Both the position numbers and the translations under genes were made by a program. A stretch of DNA of 64,000 nt from Octopus vulgaris (taxonomy: Eukaryota), in the NCBI GenBank assembly GCA_951406725.2, contig OX597823.1, forward strand, positions 93,248,001-93,312,000, written 5' to 3'. Under the pieces are notes generated by a model that was not told the origin of the DNA, did not search any database, and saw only the letters and a list, made by a program, of their open reading frames with translations. Position 1 is the first letter of the stretch. The number at the start of each line of letters is the position of its first letter. Positions 11,345 to 24,819 of the stretch are shown here, one piece after another.

Positions 11345-12255
11345 ATGTAACCCAGTTACGACATTCTCAAATGATGCAGGGTTAACCTTTGGTCGAGATA
11401 TACTTTGTTATATGGTTGTGAAAAAGGGGAACCTATAAACCAGACTAGCAACATCGCCACGAATGACTTGACTGTTTTCCCTATAACTGACGAGGAATGT
11501 TACAGGTATCTAAGGGTGGATGAAAACATATCTTACAATGGCACCTGTAACGAAAAACTATCAGTAAAGAATATTACAGCCCAATAAATGAAAAAAAAAA
11601 CTGGACCTAAGAACTCTCTGCATTTAATAGAACAGTGGCTCAAAATGTGTTTGCATTGCCAGTACTCATAATAGCATTTGGGCTGCTTCATGATGAAATC
11701 CGAGCCATTGATGTGAAAGTCTGGAAAATTCTAACAAGCACATGATTTCCACATAAACGGTTATGTAGACTGACTCTACCTAAAACGAAAATCAGGCGGC
11801 AGTGGCTTAACACTGATCCAAAATACCTTTGCATGTCGTATCACATCCCTTCGATAACATCTTTTAACCGCCAAGTGTCGAAGGTGGATCCCTTGATGAA
11901 GGTTGCATACATAAGGCTGATATCATCATAAGACTTTGAAGGCAGCTCCTTGAAAAACACTCTTTGTCTGATAACTTTAAATACACGCAGAGAGAAGTCG
12001 CACTCTATCGCAACATATTATCTGACGAAAGGATGAGCATAAATGAGCTGAAGACTATGAATGATATGTTAGTAGAAATCCTCGAGATGACAGTAACATC
12101 GATCATCATAGCAGTATATCATGGACCAATAACCGAATTACTACCTCCTACTTTGAAGGGTGTGCGTTTGCAATACAGGAACAGGAAATATCAACCAAAT
12201 ACCTGATGCACAAAAGGGATAGAGATGCAGAAAAGCAATACAATGTGACAAGTGT
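11345..12255 (+). pseudogene. Decayed R4/Dong-like (RLE-type) LINE fragment, RT C-terminus
   Basis: Broken frames give CYRYLRVDENISYNG, ELSAFNRTVAQNVFALPVL, FHINGYVD*LYLKRKSGGSGL and AFAIQEQEISTKYL, typical of R4/Dong ORFs. Confidence 0.7.
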
Positions 12256-12596
12256 TGCACAGTAAAGGAGCCTTGGATCTAGGTTAGAAACCGGCTGTTT
12301 CGCTATTAGCAAGATACTTTGAAATAAAAATGAATGATGACATACATACGTATGTATGTATACTATAAGAAGAAAATGGGATTACAAATTGCAGGCCGAT
12401 ATCAACAAAGTACTCAGAAGAGTACAAGAAGAGAATTTATTATTAAACATGACAATTGTTTCGAGACATCTAACATCAATCCCTCACAGGTAAGACACTC
12501 AGATGAGCTCCACATTACAGATTAAATCATCCAAAACATTCCACCGGTTAGTCACTAGTATATAAGGAGAATGTTAGCGATTATCATAGTAATACA

Positions 12597-12730
<134 letters not shown>

Positions 12731-14289
12731 TTCTGCCCTATATAGCTGTTAATGATGCCAATTCTTAGCATATGACCAAATACTTAGAATTACGTATCAC
12801 CTAGGGGCATGAATCGAAACATAAATGTAGGTACTTGGCATTTGTCATTTTGTTCAGAGCTTTACAATTTATAATTTATTTGTATTGCTCTTATAAAAAA
12901 AATGTCAACATTTTTAGTCATAAAAATAAATTATTTATACATCCATATTTCTCCATTTATGTGCTTTCATTAATATATAAAGAATATAAATGTAATAGAA
13001 TAATTAATAATAAAAGGATTAGAATATGTTTTTCAGTATTTAAAAGTTTGTTTAGAATTATCTCTCCCATGTATACATGTACATGTGTGTGTGTGTATGT
13101 CTACATAAATAAATAAATGCATACGTACAGGGGGAGAGCAGAAACGATCGTCGGTATTGTATAGTGGTATTGTATAATTAAAGATGTGATGTAGAATCTC
13201 AGTGTCTGCCCCTATTTATTATCATTATTTTACTTCTCTTGTAGATATGATGCGCTCACAATGAATTTTGGTCGGCCAGTTCCACATGCAAGCGGTTCAG
13301 CGAAAGATATCAATAGAATAACTACCACACTTATAAAACAAATATGTTCTAGAATAAATTTGTTGACTAAAACCCTCCAAGATGATGTCCTGTCTTGCTC
13401 TCCTTGCCCCAGCAGGCAGTTTAATCACTTGTACGAATATGCATAATTCTTCGACTGTAATGTCTTGTTTGTTTCTGTCTATACATTTGCTAGCTTTTCC
13501 CAGTTGCATAATAACAGCACTGGCACCTCCAAGATTGATTGGTCTCAATTTTTAAAGTCACGAAACCACTATGATAGTTTGCCCCATGGACTGAGGAGGA
13601 AAACTCAGCTATGTATATTCCGCGTATCGTGTCTCTGTCTATATTCCCCGCCCATTATGTTTTCAACTAGTTTCCCATTTGCGCTGCTATCGTCCAAGTA
13701 TTTCTCCTTGTTGTGTCTGTCCAACTCTTCACACACACACACACACATACATGTATATATATATGCGTGTGTACGCTTGTGTATTGTCCCATAACCTAAG
13801 TGAAATAAAATTTGTCTTCCCTATGATTTTTCTTCTTAGTTATTTGTCATTTCATTTTAACTGGCCATCACAAATTCCAACTAAATACCCCAAACATATA
13901 TCTTTCAAAACGATTTGATGGATGTTTCTATCCGAATGATAGAAATTCTCCCTTTCGTCACAGAATAAAATTCTTTCCACAGTTTGAACTATTAAAATTA
14001 CTATTTTTCGACGCAAGAACAGCTACCAATTTCTCTAATGCAACCGTTTCAATACCTATCTCTACATATTTATGCATCTGCGTTCATGTACATTTACACA
14101 CTTGTCTTTACGCACATGCGCATGTAACAGTATGGATGCATACTATTACATATGACCAAATACACACGCACACACATACACACATACATATGTATATAGA
14201 AATATATTACTTTTTTTATTCTTTTACTCGTTTCAGCCATGCGGCCGTGGTCATGCTGGAGCACCACCATGGTCTTTCTGACTTCCCCA

Positions 14290-14600
14290 GTCTGGGTGTT
14301 TCACATCACCCCTCCTGTATATACATTTTCCCCAGCTGTTGGTACATTTCTTGTATGATGGAGTTTGATTCCGCTGTCCTCGTCTGTACCTCATGTCGGG
14401 CAGTTGGTTCATCCGGTATTATGGAGAAGAGCATGTCTAATTCCCTTTTGAAGTCATCTACATCCACCTTGTGCAAATTTCTTCGTGGGGCATTCAAAAG
14501 CTGTGGGCCTTTGAACCCTAGATTATTGCAATACCTGGTCCTGAATTTAGACGGAGTGGACGGTACCTTTGGTACAATACAATGGCAGCCAGTTCGAAGT
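14290..14600 (-). pseudogene. CR1/L2-like LINE ORF2 C-terminal fragment
   Basis: Minus translation ...RTRYCNNLGFKGPQLLNA...DDFKRELDMLFSIIPDEP, a CR1-type C-terminus. Confidence 0.6.
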
Positions 14601-14716
14601 CACTGTCTGTCATGTCGTTGTAAAATAAATTTGTACTACAAGTTATTGAGTACTCATTCAGTTTCAAGTTAAGTTTCTTTTATAAATAACTTGATATATG
14701 CACATATATATGTGTG

Positions 14717-15979
14717 CAATACCGTGCAAAAGTTGTCGGCCACTTCAAATTATTGTAAACTTCTACTAATTGCCAACTTGGATATTTCACATTGCGTTTT
14801 TTACAGAAGAAACATTGGCGCTGTTGGGGTCATTTCCAAACCTAATCATTATAGTTTGTAGTAGGGATTCTGAAAGAAAGAGCAAGGTGCGAGACAACCA
14901 CCAAAAATAGTCGTGCAAAAGTTTTCGGCCAACTCACATAAACCAAACAGGATACATTGTTTTAAAACAGAAAAATATCTGTGATGAAAATTTATTACAT
15001 AATGTTCATTTCAAGAAGTTACTGTACATTGTTAATATTTCGTGTGGCTTCCCTTAGCTTGAATAATTGCTTCAATGCTCCTGGGAAGATATGCATTCAA
15101 ATCCTCTACCATCTTCATAGGTGTGGGATACCATTCTCTGTGGCAAGCTCCCACAACTCTTCAAGATTGCGTGGATTTTTTCTCACGAACACTTCTCTTT
15201 TGTTCTGTCCACATTTGCTCCATGATTTTTAAGTCAGGGATCTGAACTGACAAATCTTTCAGTACGGTAACACCTTCATCACCTTCATTGTGTTGCAGGT
15301 GATCGGTGGCAAGGAGCTCAGACATGCTGAAAAACCTCATCTTCATCCAAGTCTGATATCAAATTGTCCTTCAGAAACTGGATGTATTTGGCACTATTCG
15401 CGTTGCCGCCAATTTTTACCAGCTTTCTTGAGCCATCACTTTTTATGCATCCCTATGGCATCAGACTCTTACCCTCAAACTTCAGTTTTCCTGGAGGCGT
15501 TCTGAAAAATTCTCGCTTATTAGAAGAATTCAAGCTATCTTGAAGAGCTGAGAGGGCTTAACCACATAGAATGGCATCTCACCTCTGAAGATGGTGAAGG
15601 ATTTGTACGCATCTTTTCGCATTGAAGCAATTATTTAAGCTAAGGTAAACCACACGAAGTATTAACAATATTCAGTCACTTCTTGAAAGGAACATCATGC
15701 AATAAATTTTCATTATAAATACTTTTTCTGTTTTAAAACCGTATATCTTGATTAGTTTATGTGAGTTGGCCGAAAAAGGTTTGCAGGGCCATTTTTGGTG
15801 GTCGTCTCGCATCTTTCCCTCTCATTTAGAACCACTGTTACAGACTATAAGGATTAGGTGTGGAAATGACTCCAACAGGGCCAATGTTTCTTCTGTAAAA
15901 AATTCAATGCGTAACATCCAGTAATAAATTGGCAAAGAACAGATATTTACACTAGTTTAAAGACTTTTGCACGGTACTG
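14717..15979 (-). mobile_element. Decayed, internally deleted Tc1 transposon with ~260-bp IR/DR-type TIRs
   Basis: Left caataccgtgcaaaag... pairs with right ...cttttgcacggtactg|TA. Internal direct repeat gtgcaaaagtt..ggcc. Minus remnant KYIQFLKDNL...EVFQH..APCHRS. Confidence 0.8.
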
Positions 15980-16304
15980 TAAATACATATATGAGTGTGC
16001 GTGTGTACACATATATATATGTATACACATACACACATACATGCATACAAATATGTGTGTGTGTGTCTGGTTCAAAATGATATAAAAGCAAAACAAAATC
16101 AAAAAATGAGATGAGAACAGTAAACAAATTTTATTAGTGTAATGCTCGGAAAAAAATGGAAGAAATCTTAGACGTTTCGAGTCTACGCTCATTTGCAGAC
16201 ATGAATTAGGAGTGAAAACTGATCGAAAAAGTGAATAAAAAGGGGTGGATCCAGCCAGTGAGACAAACACACATACAGACATATACATATGTCTATATGT
16301 ATAT

Positions 16305-16370
<66 letters not shown>

Positions 16371-16377
<7 letters not shown>

Positions 16378-17957
16378 GGCCAAAATGTTAAGAACGGCAT
16401 TGTTTTCATCAGAAAAGTAGATATAATTTTTTATCAACGTTGTTTTATATTCTATAATTTCCACAGACAATAAATATACTACTGATTGTTATTGTCTGAG
16501 ATTTCGGTGTAATTTGAGAGCATAATACAAAAGTTATAGATGATTTAGTGATTTACTGCAAAACCAATGGCGGCCAAAATGATCAGAACGGTTGCTTTTA
16601 CTCCGTGTTTTAGTATATTTAACCGGCGAAGTCTAATATTTTGAATTTGTTTACGTGACGGTTCGTTTACTAAACATTAGTAAGAATATTTGCAGTGTAC
16701 TTTGTTAATATAATGCCACTTACTCCGTTACCAATTCGTCAGCAGATTATTAAGCTTCGAAGGAAGGATACTTTAAGTATTGGATCTATTGCAAGGATTG
16801 TTAACAAGTCAAAAAGTGTTGTACACGGTATTCTTAAGGTCTACGATGATTGTGGTTCGTGTGAAGCAAGCAAGTTTACAGGTAGGCCAAGAAAAACGAC
16901 CAAGAGAGAAGATCGTGCTATCGTAAAGTTGGTTAAAAAGGACAGATTTAAAACTGCTGCTGCTGTTTCTCGGAAAATGAGCACTGTATTGAAGAAAACT
17001 TTATCTCGAAAACTGCGTCTCTTCGTTTAGTTGAACATGATCTACAAGCAAGAGCACCTGCAGTGAAGCCACTGATCAGCTCCAAGAATAAAAAGTGTCG
17101 TCTTACCTTTGCAACCGAACTTGTGTTGTGGTCTCAAGAAAAATGGCAAACGGTGCATTTCAGTGATGAATTTAAGTTTATGTTATTTGGCTCAGATGGG
17201 AAAAGTAGGAGAAAAATTGTTGCCTAAATGCCTTAAGACTAGTGTTAAATTCGGTGGAGGAAGTGTCATGGTTTCGGGGATGATATCTGGAGATGGTGTG
17301 GGCCCTTTGGTGCGATTACATGGAAAGGTAAATGCAGAAGTTTATAAACAACTTGTAAAAGATCATGTATTTCCTGTGCTGAGAAATTCAACTAAGCGAC
17401 CATCCATATTCATGTCACAAGGCTAAGGTGGTCATGAACTTCCTCAAGGCTGAAAAGGTTATTGTTATAGATTGGCCTGCTCAAAGCCAGATCTCAATCC
17501 TATTGAAAATGTATGGAATATTCTAGGAGAACGTTCGAAAGCCAGAAATCCTAAAACAACTGAGCAATTATGGAATGCCCTTCAGGACGAATGGAATAAG
17601 ATCACCCAGCAAGAAATTGAAAATTTAATTTCCTCATGCAGTCAAAGATGTCACAGTGTGATTGAAGCTAAAGGGCTTCACACTAAATATTAAATAATTC
17701 CAGTATTCTCTGTCATTTTTGATTATTTTATTATTTTTTCAACCGTTCTGATCATTTTGGCCACCATGGGTTTTGCAGTAAATTACTATATCATCCATAT
17801 CTTTTGTATTATCCTCTCAAATTACACCAAAATCTCAGACAATTCATATTGTATTTATTGTCTGTGAAAATTATAGAATATAAAACTACTTTGATAAAAA
17901 ATTATATCTACTTTTCTAACGAAAACAATGCCGTTCTGAACATTTTGGCCGCAACTG
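16371..17957 (+). mobile_element. Tc1 transposon with ~220-bp IR/DR TIRs inserted in (TA)n
   Basis: gcggccaaaatgttaagaacggc at left versus gccgttctgaacattttggccgcaactg at right. Inner direct repeats at ~16569 and ~17743. Flanked by TA arrays. Confidence 0.9.
16713..17693 (+). pseudogene. Tc1 DD34E-type transposase, frameshifted, with deletions
   Basis: HTH region, TGRPRKTT, VHFSDE, VKFGGGSVMV, WPAQSPDLNPIENVW, GLHTKY. The segment with the second catalytic Asp (QDNAP-like) is missing at ~17412. Confidence 0.9.
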
Positions 17958-18004
17958 TATATATATATATATATATGATATATATAAATATATATATATA
18001 TATA

Positions 18005-18201
18005 TAGGGAGAGTTTACGAAAAAAACAAAAGACGAAGACAGGTGGTGTACAAAACAAACAGATGTATTAGTATAACGCTCAGGAATAGAAAAATGTCTT
18101 TTACGTTTCGAGCCTTCGCTCTTCTACAGAAAGGGACACAGAAAAAACGAGGAGAGAAACAAAGAGAGAAAAAATGTGTGTAGTGGCTAACGATCTATTA
18201 T

Positions 18202-18205
<4 letters not shown>
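18005..18205 (-). mobile_element. Short (TA)n-inserted pLTR-like element with decayed minimal hammerhead; relatives at ~16060-16230, 21952-22022, 23085-23272, 24195-24370, 37570-37768, 54040-54245
   Basis: Minus: CTTT-CTGTAGA-A-GAGC GAAG GCTC-GAAACGTA-AAAG, followed by the shared tail cctgagcgt..actaataca..tttgtt..cacc.gtcttcgtctttt. Confidence 0.6.
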
Positions 18206-18256
<51 letters not shown>

Positions 18257-18479
18257 CATCTTCATAGCTGCACCCTCGTTACACGAGAAGTGCCATTGCC
18301 AAAAAGACTTGCTGAAATGATTCCTTGATGCCATGTGGTGCCCTTATATGACCTTTAAGCCCAGCCAAACTTTTACGCATTTTATTATATACTAGACAAT
18401 GATGCTGGCTGACTACCAGGAGAAACAGGTTTCACAATATGCACTCCACATTTTACATATGTTCTGTTGTGAATTTTAA

Positions 18480-18745
18480 CAGCCACATCACATGTTTATC
18501 ATGTGAGATTTTTAATCCTACAAACCACACACACACAAAGCAATACTCTCTCAATTTCCACAGGTTCCCTCTTTTTAAACCCCCTTTTAATTCTCTCATA
18601 CTTCACTCTCTCCCACATGCACTATCTTCCTCCATCTATTCCTCTCCCAACTACAAGCTGCAATTCCTGTCTGCATTAGAGCATTTTTAAGGCAATCCTT
18701 AAACCTCAGTTTAGGCTTATGCGCTGGTCTCCTGCCATCTTCCAT
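18480..18745 (-). pseudogene. RTE-clade LINE C-terminal fragment
   Basis: EDGRRPAHKPKLRFKDCLKNAL...SWERNRWRKIVHVG, typical of RTE ORF ends. Confidence 0.65.
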
Positions 18746-19309
18746 CCATACACACTCATATGTATGTACATATGTATGCATGTATGTATGCATGTATGTA
18801 TGTATGCATGTATGTATGTATGTATGTATGTATGTATGTATGTATGTATGTATGTATGTATGTATGTATATTGGTATGCATATATATATATGTATGTGCT
18901 AAAAATGTGAAATGTAAGAAATCATAGCAAATACACTAAAGTTAAATCAAGCTCCCTTTTTTTTTTTAAATAATTTTTAAAGTTCTTTTTCCGTTCCTTG
19001 CTTTCTAACGCGTGAACAACTCAGGGCAAACATGTAACTGAGTACGTGACAACGCAGCGAAGCCTGTGAGTCACCGATGGTTCAATAAACGTTCAGATAA
19101 ACGTTGTAAAGCATCAGTTTCGACTGGCTGTCTTTGTGATTGATGCAGCAGCGTGCGTCAGGTGTTAATATCGAGAGAATCATGGCAGAGAGAAAATGAA
19201 GACTGTAAAGACGGACAAGTCAATAAAGTCAATAGAGAATTATACCGGGAGATAACGTCATCAAACAACCTGAAGCGACTATAAAATAATAAAAATAATA
19301 ACAACAATG

Positions 19310-19385
<76 letters not shown>

Positions 19386-20055
19386 TAATAATAGTAATAA
19401 TGATTATAATAATAATAATAACAAAAATAATAATAAGCAAAATAATTATAATCATATTATTAATCGTAAAACCAACTACAAAATCAATAATGAAAATAAT
19501 GCTGATAATAACATTAATATCGATACTACTGATAATGAGAAGGAGTAGGAGTGGAGGGGAGGGGAATGGGAGTAGGAGGAGTTAGAGGAGAATGCCTTCG
19601 GTTAGGATGATGCTGTTCAGGTGGGAAAGATGGACGGCGGTGGTAGTGATTATGGTAGTGGTGGCGGTGGTGGTAGTGGTGAAGATGATTGTGATGATGG
19701 TCATCAGGACGATGATGATGACGACAATGATGATGAGGATGACGATGATGACGATGATGATATCATGTGACATGGATGCTCCAAGTTGAGGAGGAGGTTT
19801 ATGTCGAAGAGTATAACGACCGTCATCAACAACAACAGAATCAACATCCACATCCACATCACCAGCAGTAATAGTAGTATAAATTAAAACAACAGCAACA
19901 ACAAAAGTAACATTAAAGTAAATGAAAATAACGACAACATAAATATTGATATGAAATGATGAAAAGGTAATAATTAGGAACAATAACAGAAATTGGGAAG
20001 TTGTGGCCCCGTATAAAATCAGTGAAATATTCTTGTTATATTTATAATCATGGGT

Positions 20056-20109
<54 letters not shown>

Positions 20110-20273
20110 CAGCAGCAGCTGTTATTGTTGTTGTGATTGTTGTAGCAGCAGCAGCTCCCTAATTCCTACAATTTGTTAAGGACTGGAAGCAATTTCGTAA
20201 GCATGGGATCAACAACACCAGAAACAGCACGTAAACACACATTCACACGTTCACACACGTACACACACACATA

Positions 20274-20316
<43 letters not shown>

Positions 20317-20318
<2 letters not shown>

Positions 20319-21340
20319 AATTAATAAATTAATAAATAAAACATATGTATATATACATACATATATGTATACCTACCTCTACATGTATATATACACGCAT
20401 ATATGGGTACAGGTCATAAAAAAAACGTCGAACACAATGAGCAACGAAAACATAAACACAAAACCAAGGAACTGGACATTTTTCTTAAACAACAAAAAAA
20501 AGAGTACAGGACAAATAACACAAGGAAAATTCCCCTTCTTCAGTCGCCATGGTTTAATCTACTCTGCGTTTCGAAGGTGAATGCGATATACATCTTCAAC
20601 AGAAACTTTCCTTTCCGCGAAAAGCAAATTAAATAAAATTTGAGATCTTTTTGCGGAGGGGTAAAAATGGTAATAAAAACAGGACAGTAACGACAGTACA
20701 AAATATAAACAGTAAAAGACAGGACAAGGAAAATAACAAGACAAGAAGGGCTGTTAAGCCGAACGAGAAAAAGTATTACGAACGCTATTTTTGAGAACGG
20801 CGAAGGAGCAACAGAAAATGCCGTCCACACTTCAAGGAAGTCAGGCCAGAAAGACAGTAGCAGAACTCTCGTCGCGGGTCAATGACGGGAGGGAGGAGGA
20901 TGAGCAAGACAAAGGGAGTGAAAAAAAGGAAATGGTTGTGAGGAAACCAGAAAGAATGAAGAATGAGAGAGAGGGAGAGACAGTAAGGTAGAAGAAAAGG
21001 AAACCAGAAAGAATGAAGGCTGAGAAAGGGAAGGGACAGTAAGGTCAAGAGTGCGCATCATTATTAATATCAAGAACAATCTTACTTAGAAATGGATGCG
21101 TGCGTTCCGTCATATAATAAATTAATAAATAAAACATATGCATATATACATACATATATGTACGTACCTACCTCTACATGTATATATACACGCATATATG
21201 GGTACAGGACACCCAAAGAAAAACGTCGAACACAATGAGAAACGAAAACATAAACACAAAACCAAGGATTTGGACATTTTTCCTAAACAACAAAAAAAAG
21301 AGTACAAGACAAATAACACAAGGAAAATTCCCCTTCTTCA
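20317..21340 (-). mobile_element. Older non-coding element with ~220-bp direct terminal redundancy (period ~800 bp) and decayed HHR, between (TA)n tracts
   Basis: ~20326-20542 recurs diverged at ~21119-21340. Minus-strand TTT-CTGTTGA-A...GAAACGCA-GAG at 20562-20605. Confidence 0.55.
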
Positions 21341-21387
21341 CTTGTACACATATTTTTGTATGTGTGGGTATATAGAGACATGGACAC

Positions 21388-21437
<50 letters not shown>

Positions 21438-21920
21438 AAAATGAGGTGAGATAGAAAATCCTAAAATAATTTCATCATGAAGAACATTTTGGTACCGATT
21501 TTAGTCTTTGCGACTTTTTCAAATTAGAGTACAGCACCACAAACAATTAAATTGCGTAAAAATTAAATGAAATCTATTTTTTAAATATTCCATAGCATTT
21601 AAATACAAGAGACATTTTTCCCTTTCCGTCTCTCTCTTTCTCTCTCTTTCTCTATCTCTTTATCTCTCTTCCTCTCTCTGTCTCTCTCTCTCCCTTTACA
21701 CTTGCGTATGCTTGATAGTAGGTAGTAGCTGTCCTAAAACAAACAACATTACATTTAATTTTTCCTCGATTTAATTATTTTTCATGCTTTATTCTAAGTT
21801 GAACAAGTTGCAAAGTCTGAAACCGGTACAAAAATGTTATTCAGGACAAAATTATTTTAGCATTTTCTACCTTATTTTCTTTATACATATCAACATGTAT
21901 GTTACTTTTAAGCCTTCTAC

Positions 21921-21953
<33 letters not shown>

Positions 21954-22022
21954 CTAATACATTTGTTCGTTTGTACTCCACCTGCCTTCGTCTTTTGTTT
22001 ATTTTCGTAAACCTTCCCGTTG

Positions 22023-22080
<58 letters not shown>

Positions 22081-23022
22081 TCTGTGTGTCTGTGTGTATA
22101 CACACATATATAGAAACACACACACATCCACATATACATATATATACACACACATATACATGTACATATATCCTCGTCGTATTTACGACTGCTGCGCATT
22201 GGTGACACTCAATTAAACGCCCGTCCTCCAGCTCTTTATATCATCCATCCATTACGTTCGTTGTCTGTTTCTTGGTCTACTAACCTCTCATCCTGCTTCT
22301 CTTTCTCTCTTTCTCTCCCTTTCTCGCTCTGTCTTTCTCTCTCTCTCTGTCTCTGTCTCTCTTTCTCTCCTCTTCCCTCTCTACACGTCCGTCCTGCTAT
22401 CTACTCCTGTCTATTGCCTTCCCTCTCTCTGCCCTTTGCCGCTTTTTCTCCCTCCTACTACTGACAGGTGACCCGTAGTCTCCTTTTCCTCTATTTCTCT
22501 TTCTTCTTTCCTTTTCGCGCCGACTGCCGAACCAACTGGTCGTATTTTCTCTAGTCTCCAGCTTCAACCTGTTTCGCTGTTTGTTGTCCGTTTCTAATCA
22601 TTTAAGAATTTCCTCTTAGCGTTATTCATACTTCCGTCTTCTGCCTGACCTTAAAGCCGCAGTCTATTTATTTCGTCTTGTTCGTTCTCTTCTTTGTCCC
22701 TCGTCCGTCCACCAATAATCTCGTATTTAATCACATTTATTCCTGTTCCTATGTCCACGTCTCTATTGCGAATTTATTCATTTCTTGTTTGTTCGTTCAC
22801 CTTCTGTAGTGTTTGGCTCAACTTCTCGGTGGCTTCCTGCTGCCGGTCGCACCAAAAGGGAATCAATATTATTGTAATGCTCGAACTTGCATTTGACCTT
22901 CTGGCCGACAACTGATTAGGGTTTGCTGACCTGTGTCAGTTTTCCGTTTGTTTATGCATTTGTTATGTTTCTAACTTATGCATGCATACATACATACATA
23001 CATACATACATACATACATACA

Positions 23023-23054
<32 letters not shown>

Positions 23055-23143
23055 CACATTCACACATATAAATATAAATCGTGTATATCGTCAGCGATTT
23101 TCTTTCTCCGTCTTCCCTTCCTTGGACCTTTCCTGTTGCTATG

Positions 23144-23176
23144 TTTCTGACGAAGAGCTCCACTCGAAACGTTAAG
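23144..23176 (+). ncRNA. Minimal type I hammerhead with canonical core
   Basis: TTT-CTGACGA-A-GAG CTCCA CTC-GAAA-CG-TT-AAG, with palindromic AACGTT stem III as in dimeric PLE hammerheads. Confidence 0.7.
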
Positions 23177-23272
23177 TCCTCCTTTCTTTCTTTTCCTGAG
23201 CGTCCAATAACACTATACTTGTTCCACGTCCTCGCGTTGTTGTATTTTCTCTTTGTTCTTGTTTGGATTAAC

Positions 23273-23295
<23 letters not shown>

Positions 23296-23304
<9 letters not shown>

Positions 23305-23937
23305 TACATAAATATATATACATACAAAATAAGAAAATGGAGAAATACATCCAAATCAAATATCAATTACCAAATAATACCCAAACACATACTTTATTGA
23401 ACCACCACATAAGAAACTTTAAAGTCAAACATAATAATGTAGAACAAAACAGTGTGCATAAAGAAGTAATGTTATACAATAAGTACAATATATATAAGAG
23501 AATATAAATATAAGTAAATATAAATATAAATAGTCTATATTTATATTTATATTTACTTATATTTATATTCTCTTATACATATTGTACTTATTGTATAACA
23601 TTACTTCTTTATGCACACTACTTTATGTACACTGTTTTGTTCTACATTATTATGTTTGACTTTAAAGTTTCTTATGTGGTGGTTCAATAAAGTATGTGTT
23701 TGGGTATTATTTGGTAATTGATATTTGATTTGGATGTATTTCTCCATTTTCTTATTTTGTATGTATATATATTTGTGGTAAAACATTTTACCTTTACCCA
23801 TATAATACAGTAAATGAATTAATTGCATCGCAATTCTTAACATTTATGTATTAACTTTGTTGGGTTCTTCACTAGCAGAATATTGGATATATGTTATCCC
23901 ATAGAGGGTTGCATTTACAACCCCCTATCTCAATTTA
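23296..23937. mobile_element. Fold-back element: ~240-bp palindrome centred at ~23533 plus 3' tail, in (TA)n; related copies at 25654-25970 and 27745-28100
   Basis: 23296-23532 is the reverse complement of 23536-23775. Tails share gtaaaa..ttacctt..aaatgaattaattgcat..tatcccatag..gggtt..aaccc. Confidence 0.7.
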
Positions 23938-23972
23938 TATATATATATAAATGACACCCTCATTTTTAATTG

Positions 23973-24016
<44 letters not shown>

Positions 24017-24106
24017 GTCTGTGTGACCGCGTGTGTATCGCTGAAACTTGATTTAGCATATCTAATTTGAATTTTTCCCTGTAAGTTAGGAAATATATTC
24101 CCTCAA

Positions 24107-24183
<77 letters not shown>

Positions 24184-24819
24184 TATACATATATAAAGTC
24201 AATCCAAACATGAAAACACAACAACGCGAGGACGTGGAACAAGTATAATGTTATTGGACGCTCATGAAAGAAGGAAAGAAGGAGTGTTTAACGTTACTGC
24301 GTCAGAAACCTAGGAAAAGGAAAGATCCAAAGAAGGGAAGACGGAGGAAAAATAATCGCCAACGGTACACGCGTGGTCACATTAGAGAGAGAGAGAAAGA
24401 GAGAGAGAAAGAGAGAGTAGTGGTACGACAAAGCACCAATGTTAACTGGAAAAGCAGTCGATACATTTACGACACTATAGTAAAGCTTCAATTACTGACA
24501 AAAGACGTGTATGTGCAGCGAACAAAAATTTTGCCTTACCTCTAGGATGAACATTATAAAAATGGACAACCAGAATCGGATAATCCAGTACCTAGGTTTC
24601 AGATTCTTCAAATACGATTGTCATCTTAAATTTGATTAGTCTTCATCAGCTGGATTTACCTGGACACTATTTCAAATGCTACATCAATGCCAGTATAACT
24701 GAGATATATTTCGACCAAAGATTGGTGCAGGTCATGTCTAACTTAATAGCACCGTATGATAGGATTAGATGCATCATTTTGAAGTCAAATTTTGTGGTAT
24801 CATGTTCCAATCAAGTAAG

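Noticed and set aside
12445-12535. Minus-strand GAAACAATTGTC identical to the 536-array stem III
   Set aside because: No CUGANGA or matching stem I upstream; at most a decayed remnant.
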